Below, piece by piece: positions 8,045-15,684 of a stretch of DNA of 39,222 nt. Below the pieces are notes generated by a model. The model was not told where the DNA came from, searched no databases, and saw nothing but the letters and a program-made list of their open reading frames with translations. The translations under genes and the position numbers were made by a program. Numbering within the stretch: position 1 is the stretch's first letter; each line of letters starts with the position of its first letter. The DNA comes from a virus. Taxonomy: Duplodnaviria > Caudoviricetes. The stretch lies in the IMG/VR virus record IMGVR_UViG_3300042522_000042, positions 1 to 39,222 of that record. One strand, given 5' to 3'.

Positions 8045-8703
8045 TATTTAGCCAATCCATAGACTGAGATAGTTCCTGTCATTGCATTTGTGGTTGTATA
8101 CACAGTTAAACCATCATAAGAAGTGTTATTTGTATTAGACCCAGAGGTTATGAATAAAGTTGCTCCAGCATCTGAATCTTGTGCATTTGTTAAAAAAGAA
8201 GTATTAGTCGCTTCTTGAGGCTGACTAATTTGTATTTGAGAAAAAAGATTTCCAGTACTTCGGATTGCACCAATGATATATGCAGAGACACCTGAACCTC
8301 TGGAACCTACAACAGAAGTATTTTTTGCTTCAATATACTGATTGTTATAGTTTGTAGTTGCATCCGTACCTGATGCTCTAAGCCGTATATTTACGGCTTC
8401 AGCACCCGCTCCAGTAACATTAAGTACAACAATATAATTGCGATATGTAGATGTAAAACAATTATTGATAGAAGATGATGTTGTTGCTGAAAGAGTTGCA
8501 GTAGTAATTAAAATCATCCCAGGACCAGTAGCCCACTCAACCCCATCTGCCTGAGCAGAGTTGGCAGTAAGGACAGTTCCATTAGCGCCCACGCCCTGGC
8601 GAACCAGGGTGGCGTTACCAGTAGCGACAATAATATCGCCCTTGGTTGTCAATAGCGTTGGTTGAATACCACCTTCAACCGAAGGTATGCGTCCAACTGT
8701 CAT
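8044..8703 (-). CDS. Short tail fibre / receptor-binding protein
   Basis: TTKGDII anchor, GMILITT...NCFTSTYRNY head, C-terminal GTISVYG. Confidence 0.7.
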   Translation of the reverse strand: MTVGRIPSVEGGIQPTLLTTKGDIIVATGNATLVRQGVGANGTVLTANSAQADGVEWATGPGMILITTATLSATTSSSINNCFTSTYRNYIVVLNVTGAGAEAVNIRLRASGTDATTNYNNQYIEAKNTSVVGSRGSGVSAYIIGAIRSTGNLFSQIQISQPQEATNTSFLTNAQDSDAGATLFITSGSNTNNTSYDGLTVYTTTNAMTGTISVYGLAK

Positions 8704-9033
8704 TTATGATAACTCGCTTCCGAAAGCATTGAATGAGAATGTTGCTGCTGAGGCATAGACTGTGACCACATCTGTTGCTCCCAGGGTCACACCTAGTGTC
8801 AGGGTGTCTGTAGCGTTACCAGGTAGAGATACGTCATAGGCTACATAGTGCTGTGCTGCCAGGGTTGCTCCTACTGGGCGTACCGCAATGCGGTATGTGC
8901 CAGCAGTTGCTGTTTGGTTAGCAATGGTGATTGTAGATACAATCGCCTGTGTTGCCGATGGCACTGTGTATAGTGTTGTTGCCGTGGTAGCAGACGGGTT
9001 AGACTGCCCTAGCACCTTGTATGTTGTTGGCAT
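8704..9033 (-). CDS. Small beta-rich virion protein
   Basis: Thr/Ala/Val-rich 109 aa within the fibre cluster. Confidence 0.6.
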   Translation of the reverse strand: MPTTYKVLGQSNPSATTATTLYTVPSATQAIVSTITIANQTATAGTYRIAVRPVGATLAAQHYVAYDVSLPGNATDTLTLGVTLGATDVVTVYASAATFSFNAFGSELS

Positions 9034-9049
9034 TATTATTTCTCCTTAG

Positions 9050-10708
9050 TTACATTCCACCGAGCATAAACACGGTTGGTGTGGGGTCAGTTGTTATTGC
9101 AGCCCAACTTGCAGTTGTGCCGTCAGTTGTTAAGTATTCTCCAGCATTACCAATCTGACTAGGTAGAGCATCAACTGATGCCCAAGATGAAGTTGTACCA
9201 TCTGTTGTTAGATACTTGCCAGTTTGTCCAGTTTGTGTGGGAACTACATATACAGATGATGTGTCAAGAGATACTGTTACAGCACCCGATGTCCCACCGC
9301 CTGATAATCCAGTTCCAGCAGTAACTCCTGTAATGTCGCCAGGGTTTGCTGCAGTCCATTCAAGTCCTGTAGCAGTTGCGCTGTTGACACTTAAAACATA
9401 TCCATTGGTTGCAGCTACTGTCAGTTGGTCAAAGGTGTTAGTGCCTGTTCCAACTAGTAAGTCACCCTTAGCATCAAATGCACCTGTCAATACTGCAGCA
9501 GCAGATGCTGCACTTGCAGCAGCACTTGTTGCTGATGTTGCAGCCGATGTTGCTGATGTGGCCGCGCTTGATGCAGATGTAGCAGCAGCACTTGCTGATG
9601 TAGCAGAAGCGGTAGCAGAAGTAGCAGATGCAGTAGCGCTTGTAGCAGAAGCGGTTGCTGAATTAGCAGAAGATGTTGCTGATGTAGCAGCACTAGTAGC
9701 ACTTGTTGCAGCAGCAGTAGCAGAGTTTGCAGCCGATGTTGCGTATCCTGCAATTGTTGCTACTGAGTTAGCAGCAGTAGTTGCACTTGCTGCTGCGCTG
9801 GTTGCACTAGTTGCCGCTGCTGTGGCAGATGCTGCTGCTGAGGTAGCACTTGTCGCTGCTGCTGTTGCAGAGTTGGCAGAAGTAGTTGCAGATGATGCTG
9901 AAGCAATTGCTGAAGTTTCTGAACTTGCAGCAGATGTAGCAGCAGATGTAGCGCTAGTTGCTGCACTAGCAGCAGAAGTGGCTGCTGCAGTTGCTGAACC
10001 CAAAATGCTATCTACGTAATCCTTAGGAGTAGCAGAAGATGCTGACATTCCCGCAGAAGATAGACCAGTAATAACTGGTGAACCTGAAATAGTTGGGCTT
10101 GTTAAAGTCTTGTTTGTAAGGGTTTGTACTGCTGTAGCAATAACCACTGTGCCTGTTGTGTTAGGCATTGTGATTGTATTGTCCTGTGTAGGGTCAACCA
10201 CTGTAAGGGTGGTCTCATAGGCATCTGCTGTAGCACCCTCAAAGACAATGCTTGCATCTACACCAGCACCTGAGATACTAGGGTTGGTGATTGTAGGGCT
10301 TGTAAGGGTCTTATTAGTCAGTGTCTGTGTGTCTATAGTTCCGACAACCGAAGAGGAGTTAGAGATGCCGTGGACACCCGTAGAAGCCTCTACGTGGGCA
10401 TTGGCTTCGCGGTAGTCACGACCGATTGCCATGTGACGGACAACAGCGCCAGCAGAGTGAGCCTGGGCAGATGAGCCATCAATGGCACGGGTTACTGTGA
10501 AGGTGTTAGTCGATACCGCGGTGGCATCTAAAATTTCTTCAAGTGCTGTATCTGGGTCTACAACAACCGTAAAGGTTGTACCCGCAGGAATAGACTGGCC
10601 ACCAAGGAGGGCTGTACCAGACTGCACAACTATAGTTGATGCGCCAGCAGTAACTGCACTTGTCAGTGTAGTCTGCTGTGAGCGAGAGGAGTAATTGCGT
10701 GTTGTCAT
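9050..10708 (-). CDS. Main tail fibre with Ala/Ser/Thr heptad stalk
   Basis: QTLTNKTLTSP repeats, long SATSAAT-type run, GKYLTTDGT repeats. Confidence 0.8.
   Translation of the reverse strand: MTTRNYSSRSQQTTLTSAVTAGASTIVVQSGTALLGGQSIPAGTTFTVVVDPDTALEEILDATAVSTNTFTVTRAIDGSSAQAHSAGAVVRHMAIGRDYREANAHVEASTGVHGISNSSSVVGTIDTQTLTNKTLTSPTITNPSISGAGVDASIVFEGATADAYETTLTVVDPTQDNTITMPNTTGTVVIATAVQTLTNKTLTSPTISGSPVITGLSSAGMSASSATPKDYVDSILGSATAAATSAASAATSATSAATSAASSETSAIASASSATTSANSATAAATSATSAAASATAAATSATSAAASATTAANSVATIAGYATSAANSATAAATSATSAATSATSSANSATASATSATASATSATASATSASAAATSASSAATSATSAATSATSAAASAASAAAVLTGAFDAKGDLLVGTGTNTFDQLTVAATNGYVLSVNSATATGLEWTAANPGDITGVTAGTGLSGGGTSGAVTVSLDTSSVYVVPTQTGQTGKYLTTDGTTSSWASVDALPSQIGNAGEYLTTDGTTASWAAITTDPTPTVFMLGGM
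9490..10000 (-). repeat. Degenerate 21-nt (7-aa) coding repeat
   Basis: Tandem SA(T/A)SAA(T/A) heptads. Confidence 0.8.
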
Positions 10709-10716
10709 TTATATTC

Positions 10717-11634
10717 CTATCGAGTATAATGAATTCGTGGCGGGTATTGACTTTGCATAGCTGATACTTCTTCGTTCAAACGTTGTGAGTAAAGAGCAAA
10801 GAGTTGCTTTGTTGCTGATGCGCTTGCACCGTATGGGCGCTTGCCATCTGTTTCGTCCGCCTGTGGGCTAATCTGACCTGCACGAGCAGGGTCAAGGTAA
10901 GCCAATAGTCTGTATGATGCACCGAGGATTACAATGTCGCGAGCTGATTCAGCGAATCCAGTAGTGGTTGTAAATACATCTCCACTGTTTTCCATTGCAG
11001 ATGGAGGTGTGGCGTACATCACCTTTACTGTACGTCCTGGTGTTATATAGTCATAGATAGTTACAGTCTGTGAGTTTGCACCCCAAGTAGTTACATCTGC
11101 AAATGGGTCAAAGTCCCATCGACGAATACGAATCCATTCCTTAGAAGGACCTGTATCTTGCCAAGACATAGTTAGAATATTTTCAATACCTAAGTCTTCA
11201 AACTCGTAAGTGTTAATCGCTGCATTGAAAGTAAATGTTGTTTGCTTGACAGCAAGTAGGCTAGCACCCATCGCTCGGATAGTGTCGTTGATTGCCTTCT
11301 TGATTACATAGCGTGGGAAGATAGGTGAGATAGTAACCTTAGCATCAGCTGCATGTGTAGCAGCACCTGTGCCTAGATACCCACGGCCGTAAGGTGATAC
11401 AGTTGCTGTGTTACCAACGCGGTCAAATGAATCAACCCACATAAGTTCTTCGTCAACTTCAAGGATACCCTTACCTACGTTACTCGTATCTCCAAGAGAT
11501 AAGATTGTAGGTGAGGTGCTCGGAGACGTCAGTGTGGTGACTGCTGTGCGTAGATATGTAGAGCGGTCCTGTTGGTAGGTATAACCTGAAAGGTTAATGA
11601 GGACTTCGTCAATCATCTGTGCTAGTGTTGTCAT
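10717..11634 (-). CDS. Head-tail adaptor / tail tubular A-like protein
   Basis: Position upstream of fibres; MTTLAQMIDEV N-terminal helix and ~300 aa size. Confidence 0.55.
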   Translation of the reverse strand: MTTLAQMIDEVLINLSGYTYQQDRSTYLRTAVTTLTSPSTSPTILSLGDTSNVGKGILEVDEELMWVDSFDRVGNTATVSPYGRGYLGTGAATHAADAKVTISPIFPRYVIKKAINDTIRAMGASLLAVKQTTFTFNAAINTYEFEDLGIENILTMSWQDTGPSKEWIRIRRWDFDPFADVTTWGANSQTVTIYDYITPGRTVKVMYATPPSAMENSGDVFTTTTGFAESARDIVILGASYRLLAYLDPARAGQISPQADETDGKRPYGASASATKQLFALYSQRLNEEVSAMQSQYPPRIHYTR

Positions 11635-11906
11635 AGGTCTATGCTCCTTAATGCAACAACGGCTGATAGTCCAGTAGTCCCTGCTAGTTCATTACATACA
11701 GCATTTAGCATCTTGTAATTGTTAGGCTGACGGCTTGCGCTAGCCTTAATGTTTAGTGCTGCTATAATACCTAAGCCACTAGTGTCAGCATAGTTATTTG
11801 CTGCACCTTGTTCAGACTGGTATGCACTTGGTACGGGGTATGTTCCACCGTTTGCAAGACGATTCAACTCGTCAGCAAATGTGCTACCTGCTACTCCTGT
11901 TGCCAT
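11631..11906 (-). CDS. Hypothetical virion protein
   Basis: Translationally coupled to both neighbours. Confidence 0.6.
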   Translation of the reverse strand: MATGVAGSTFADELNRLANGGTYPVPSAYQSEQGAANNYADTSGLGIIAALNIKASASRQPNNYKMLNAVCNELAGTTGLSAVVALRSIDL

Positions 11907-12142
11907 TATCTAAACCTCGCAGCCTTCTTTGCTATGGACTTTGGTTGTTTTACAAACTGCTTACCCTTTGCATTACCTGCAGCTTTAGCCTGGTTAGTTG
12001 CTTTCTTTTCAGATGCACTCATTGCAGACCATGCCTTCTTGGGCAAATATCTTTTCTTGCCTTTAGATGGTTTACCATCAGAAGTTGTCCACTCTTCCTT
12101 GGTCCATTTCTTTAAGGACTTTTGTGACTTAGCAAGTGCCAT
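11906..12142 (-). CDS. Lys-rich small protein
   Basis: SLKKWTKEEWTT...RYLPKKAW; TAATG coupling. Confidence 0.7.
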   Translation of the reverse strand: MALAKSQKSLKKWTKEEWTTSDGKPSKGKKRYLPKKAWSAMSASEKKATNQAKAAGNAKGKQFVKQPKSIAKKAARFR

Positions 12143-12327
12143 TACTTGTAACCGCCTCCTGCTTTCTTGTACTGAGTTGCAAGCAACTGAGCCTTACGAG
12201 CAGACCATTCACCAGGGTCTCCACCCTTAGAGCCTGCTTTAATCTTCTTAAACAAAGAAGCACGCATTGCTGGCTTGGTATAGTTACCAGCCGCATTGAC
12301 TTTAGACTTAGCCTTCTTCTTTACCAT
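12142..12327 (-). CDS. Lys-rich small protein (DUF5872-like)
   Basis: NYTKP...GGDPGEWSARKAQ...YKKAGGGY. Confidence 0.65.
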   Translation of the reverse strand: MVKKKAKSKVNAAGNYTKPAMRASLFKKIKAGSKGGDPGEWSARKAQLLATQYKKAGGGYK

Positions 12328-12578
12328 TTGACTTTATCCGCCCAATATGCAGCAGACATTTTGCCCTTAGCAATATTCTTAGCGTGACGTGCCTTGAACG
12401 AAGCTTGACGCTTTGTAGGTTGTCTATCGCCAGTCACACCCTGCTGACCAAAGCGAATAGTTTTGACCTTGTCTCCTTCTTTAGCCACAACAACGTGTGA
12501 CTTCTTTGGGTGATTTGGTGTACGCTTAGGCTTGTTAAAGCCTGATACTCCTGCTCGCTTTAGTCTTGGGTCTGACAT
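12321..12578 (-). CDS. Basic small protein
   Basis: KTIRFGQQG...SFKARH...SAAYWA motif seen in many phages. Confidence 0.7.
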   Translation of the reverse strand: MSDPRLKRAGVSGFNKPKRTPNHPKKSHVVVAKEGDKVKTIRFGQQGVTGDRQPTKRQASFKARHAKNIAKGKMSAAYWADKVKW

Positions 12579-12586
12579 TTCAATTC

Positions 12587-12811
12587 CTATCGATTCTTGT
12601 TTTGTGCTACAATTTTGCGCAATAGCGCTTCGTATTCAGCAGTTGTGTACTCTTTGACTGTTCCGATTCTTGTCTTTACTGGATTAGGCGTAGGAGATTT
12701 CTTTCCTAGGTCACCCATTTTAATTGTAGAACCTTGACCAGTTGTAACAACAACTTGAGACTTCTTAGTAGCCTGTGGGCTAGGAGAAGCCTTTGGCTTT
12801 GGAGAGGCCAT
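12587..12811 (-). CDS. Basic Pro/Lys-rich hypothetical protein
   Basis: ORF coupled by TAATG to the upstream gene. Confidence 0.6.
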   Translation of the reverse strand: MASPKPKASPSPQATKKSQVVVTTGQGSTIKMGDLGKKSPTPNPVKTRIGTVKEYTTAEYEALLRKIVAQNKNR

Positions 12812-12936
12812 TACTTCTTCTTGGCCTTCTTCTTAACAGCCTTCTTCATTGGCTTGCCAGTCTTCTTGGCCTCAGCCTTAGCCATTGCCATTCCCTTTGC
12901 TGTGTATGCGAATTCTTTCGCTCCGACTTTTGGCAT
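12811..12936 (-). CDS. Lys/Ala-rich miniprotein, 41 aa (not in ORF track)
   Basis: MPKVGAKEFAYTAKGMAMAKAEAKKTGKPMKKAVKKKAKKK; TAATG overlap at both ends. Confidence 0.8.
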   Translation of the reverse strand: MPKVGAKEFAYTAKGMAMAKAEAKKTGKPMKKAVKKKAKKK

Positions 12937-13073
12937 TACTTCTTCTTCGCAATCTTCTTAGCAACCTTCTTGGCTGTCTTCTTCATGGCCTTCTTGCCCA
13001 TCTTCATTTCCATCATTTTTTCTTTCTTAGATTCCATCTTTTCAGCCATCTTGTATGCTTTGTTCTTCATCAT
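12936..13073 (-). CDS. Lys/Met-rich miniprotein, 45 aa (not in ORF track)
   Basis: MMKNKAYKMAEKMESKKEKMMEMKMGKKAMKKTAKKVAKKIAKKK; TAATG overlap at both ends. Confidence 0.8.
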   Translation of the reverse strand: MMKNKAYKMAEKMESKKEKMMEMKMGKKAMKKTAKKVAKKIAKKK

Positions 13074-13519
13074 TATGCTTGCCCTATCTCTTTCATTACC
13101 GCTGCGGTTGATTGGTTTATGTTCTTTGCATCTGGCATTGAATTAGCATTGTATGGCTTATTCAATACTTCGGAGGCTGCTTCTGCCTCACGAATCTTCT
13201 CCATCGAAGTTCCACCAGGCTGGATGCCTTGTGCCTTCGCATTAGCGTATGCAGATAGTTCGTTCTCAAAGCGCTTACGTGGGGCACTTCGCTGACTGTT
13301 AGCATCGCCAGTATTCATCTGAAGTCCTCTGGCTTTACAGCCAAAGCAATCAGGCCCACACTTGGTGTGGTCTATAAAGATATCGTTCTCATCAGGGAAC
13401 GGCTCAGTTGATGTAGCGTCACAACTCACACACCCGTATAATGCTGAGTATGGAATCATGTCTCCATCGACTAACTTGTATGCCCATTGAAGAACTTTAC
13501 TTACGTGTTCGTGTCCCAT
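13073..13519 (-). CDS. Hypothetical protein with Cys/His clusters
   Basis: HEH, CVSC, CGPDCFGC; AAGGG RBS. Confidence 0.65.
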   Translation of the reverse strand: MGHEHVSKVLQWAYKLVDGDMIPYSALYGCVSCDATSTEPFPDENDIFIDHTKCGPDCFGCKARGLQMNTGDANSQRSAPRKRFENELSAYANAKAQGIQPGGTSMEKIREAEAASEVLNKPYNANSMPDAKNINQSTAAVMKEIGQA

Positions 13520-13526
13520 ATGTCCC

Positions 13527-13796
13527 TTATATTGCTGTGAAGTTTGCTTCCGTTACCCCAACGCCACCAGCAATAAGTGCTGCTTTTGTTGCGTCATCTA
13601 CGGTATACTGGCTACCGCCAAGGTATACTTCTTGGTAGGTGTCCAAGTCACCATCGTATGGATAACGAACCTGACGGTAAGTTCCATTAACTCTGATGAT
13701 ACTGATACCACGTGTTAACTTGTAGAATGTAAAGAGTCGCTGAACTCCTTCAAATCCTTCGTCGACGGTTGGTGTCTCGAAGATGTAATCTGTCAT
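13527..13796 (-). CDS. Hypothetical virion protein
   Basis: AAAGGAGGAG RBS; directly after the capsid gene. Confidence 0.7.
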   Translation of the reverse strand: MTDYIFETPTVDEGFEGVQRLFTFYKLTRGISIIRVNGTYRQVRYPYDGDLDTYQEVYLGGSQYTVDDATKAALIAGGVGVTEANFTAI

Positions 13797-13821
13797 GACT
13801 CCTCCTTTAGTGGACTCACCA

Positions 13822-13845
13822 CAAGGCTAGGTTGCCCTAGCCCTG
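13822..13845 (-). terminator. Hairpin after major capsid gene (partial terminator or stabiliser)
   Basis: CAGGGCUAGG-GCAA-CCUAGCCUUG, GNRA loop, weak U tail. Confidence 0.55.
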
Positions 13846-13859
13846 CAGTCAATTAACTA

Positions 13860-15062
13860 CTAGAGAGCAGCGATTGATGAACCAGATGTGATGCGGTATA
13901 GTGCCTCATCACGGTATACTGCGAAGCCAAGTACGCCGTACCAACCCATTGGGCGGAAGCGCATCAACTTATCAGTTACGTTACCGATTACTACGTGTGG
14001 CTCTTCAGCTACGGCTTCTGCCATTGCTTGTGAACCTGCAACGATTGTATCGAATACGCGAGTTACAGGTGTAACTGTAATTGTTGTTGATACTGTAACT
14101 GCAGCAGAGTTAGCAACGTCAACAGTAAATGTTGTTGTTGAACCTGATGTTGTGATTGCAGTAATCTTCGCAGATGTTCCTACGCCTGTTCCTGAAATCT
14201 TATCGCCAACTTCAGCGCGTGTTGCGATAACTGCAGATGAAGCAACGCCGAATGTGAATCCAGCTGATGTTCCTGCTACTGTTACTGCTGTTGTTGCTAA
14301 TGCTGACTGGTCTGCACCTGACTTAGCGTTGTACAAACGTGATGACTCTACGAAGAATGCGCCTTCGTACTCACCGATTTCTCCAGCCCAAATCTTGCTT
14401 GCTTCTGAAGCAGACTGTGACTGTGGGTAGCGCCATCCAAGGTCGCCTGTCTCTGCACGAAGGTCGTGTGAAACTTCTGGGTGGATACCAACCCAGTATG
14501 CATTTCCGCGACGGCCCTTAGCCTTGTTAGCACGTAGCTTAGCAACAGCCTTGCGGATGTCTGCTGAGTCTAGTGTGTCAGCTGCATCTACGTTGGCAGT
14601 TGCTGTTGCGTTGCCTGCGAAGATGTTGTTTGAACCTGAGCGTAGTGTGTTCATTGCAACTACGTCGATAGAATCGGCTAGGTTGTATGCAATGATGTTT
14701 GCGATTGCTGGGTCTACATCTGCTAGAGAGAATAGTTCCAACGCACGTGTTACAAGTACAGCGTTACCGTACTCGTTAAGTGTTACAGTAACAGATGTTG
14801 GTGTTGACAATGCTACTGCATCTGGGTCAACTGTCTCTGTTAGTGTTGATGTCTTTGTGTCTAGGTCAACGTACTTCTGTAGAACTACAGTTGAACCTGG
14901 GATTGCTTGCTTTGCTGGGCGCTTATCTGCGACAGAACGAATTAGGGGTTCTGAACGGAGAGCGAACTCGAGAAGGCGGTCATATGCCTTCTGTACGAGA
15001 CCAGCACCGCCAACTGTACCACCGAGCGACGTGCTCGAGGTATCTGTATATGCGTTTGCCAT
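13860..15062 (-). CDS. Major capsid protein (N4 gp56-like)
   Basis: TVTLNEYGNAV, IHPEVSHDLR, GEIGEYEGAFFVES, DKLMRFRPMGWYG motifs; follows scaffold. Confidence 0.9.
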   Translation of the reverse strand: MANAYTDTSSTSLGGTVGGAGLVQKAYDRLLEFALRSEPLIRSVADKRPAKQAIPGSTVVLQKYVDLDTKTSTLTETVDPDAVALSTPTSVTVTLNEYGNAVLVTRALELFSLADVDPAIANIIAYNLADSIDVVAMNTLRSGSNNIFAGNATATANVDAADTLDSADIRKAVAKLRANKAKGRRGNAYWVGIHPEVSHDLRAETGDLGWRYPQSQSASEASKIWAGEIGEYEGAFFVESSRLYNAKSGADQSALATTAVTVAGTSAGFTFGVASSAVIATRAEVGDKISGTGVGTSAKITAITTSGSTTTFTVDVANSAAVTVSTTITVTPVTRVFDTIVAGSQAMAEAVAEEPHVVIGNVTDKLMRFRPMGWYGVLGFAVYRDEALYRITSGSSIAAL

Positions 15063-15093
15063 TTTTTTTAGTCTCCTTGACTATGAACGGATA

Positions 15094-15567
15094 TTATTGT
15101 TGTCCTTGCATCAGTGAGATTAACTCTTCCATGGAGCTTGCATTGTCCATGCGTTGCTCTAGGTCCTGTGCTCGGTCTGGTGTAACGGCACCCTGGGTCA
15201 TGACGTCTTGCTGACGTAGTGTCGCAAGATTTTGTTCATCACGCTTCTGTGATACCTCTATACCAAATAGGTCAGCGTTCTCGTCTAGCCAGTTCGATAC
15301 TGCCTCTTCTGAAAAATCACCATCTAAATCCTTAAGGACTAGACGTGCTGCCTTCTGGTTTACACCCTTCTTTTCTAGTACTGACTTAACGGTAGACTCA
15401 CGCTGCGACTTGGTAAATCCCTCAAGTTGCTCAGTAAGTTCCTTGATACGCTTCTCGTCTGCACGCTTGGCTTTGCGTAACTTTTTAAGTAAGTCACTGC
15501 CATCCAATTGTGTGTCGTTGTCGTTATCTTGGTCATCGTCTTCGTCGTCCCAGTAGTTGTTGCTCAT
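15094..15567 (-). CDS. Capsid scaffolding protein
   Basis: Acidic N-terminus, coiled coil, directly upstream of capsid. Confidence 0.75.
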   Translation of the reverse strand: MSNNYWDDEDDDQDNDNDTQLDGSDLLKKLRKAKRADEKRIKELTEQLEGFTKSQRESTVKSVLEKKGVNQKAARLVLKDLDGDFSEEAVSNWLDENADLFGIEVSQKRDEQNLATLRQQDVMTQGAVTPDRAQDLEQRMDNASSMEELISLMQGQQ

Positions 15568-15684
15568 AGCAACCCACCCTTCTATTCGTTGTTAGTTCGC
15601 AGGCCACAGTTCAGTTCGGGGAAACTGGCTGGCTCCTACTATCGGTCTATTACTCTGACGGGGCCGATAGGTCCGTTCAGGATT
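15568..15684 (-). ncRNA. Candidate structured leader RNA (pseudoknot plus hairpin)
   Basis: CUGAACGG/CCGUCAG interleaved with CUAUCGG/CCGAUAG; then GUAGG/CCUGC, GCCA/UGGC, CAGUU/AACUG stem. Confidence 0.5.

Noticed and set aside
9216-10019. 267-aa plus-strand Ala/Val ORF
   Set aside because: Antisense shadow of the Ala/Ser/Thr repeat in the tail fibre; no RBS
6434-10708. Diversity-generating retroelement or invertible fibre cassette
   Set aside because: No reverse transcriptase, recombinase or near-identical template/variable repeat pair seen
12734-13295. Leu/Phe-rich plus-strand ORFs resembling membrane proteins
   Set aside because: Reverse complement of AAG-rich Lys miniproteins, which show TAATG coupling on the minus strand
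13888-15214. Long plus-strand ORFs opposite the capsid gene
   Set aside because: Antisense shadows caused by codon bias in a highly expressed gene
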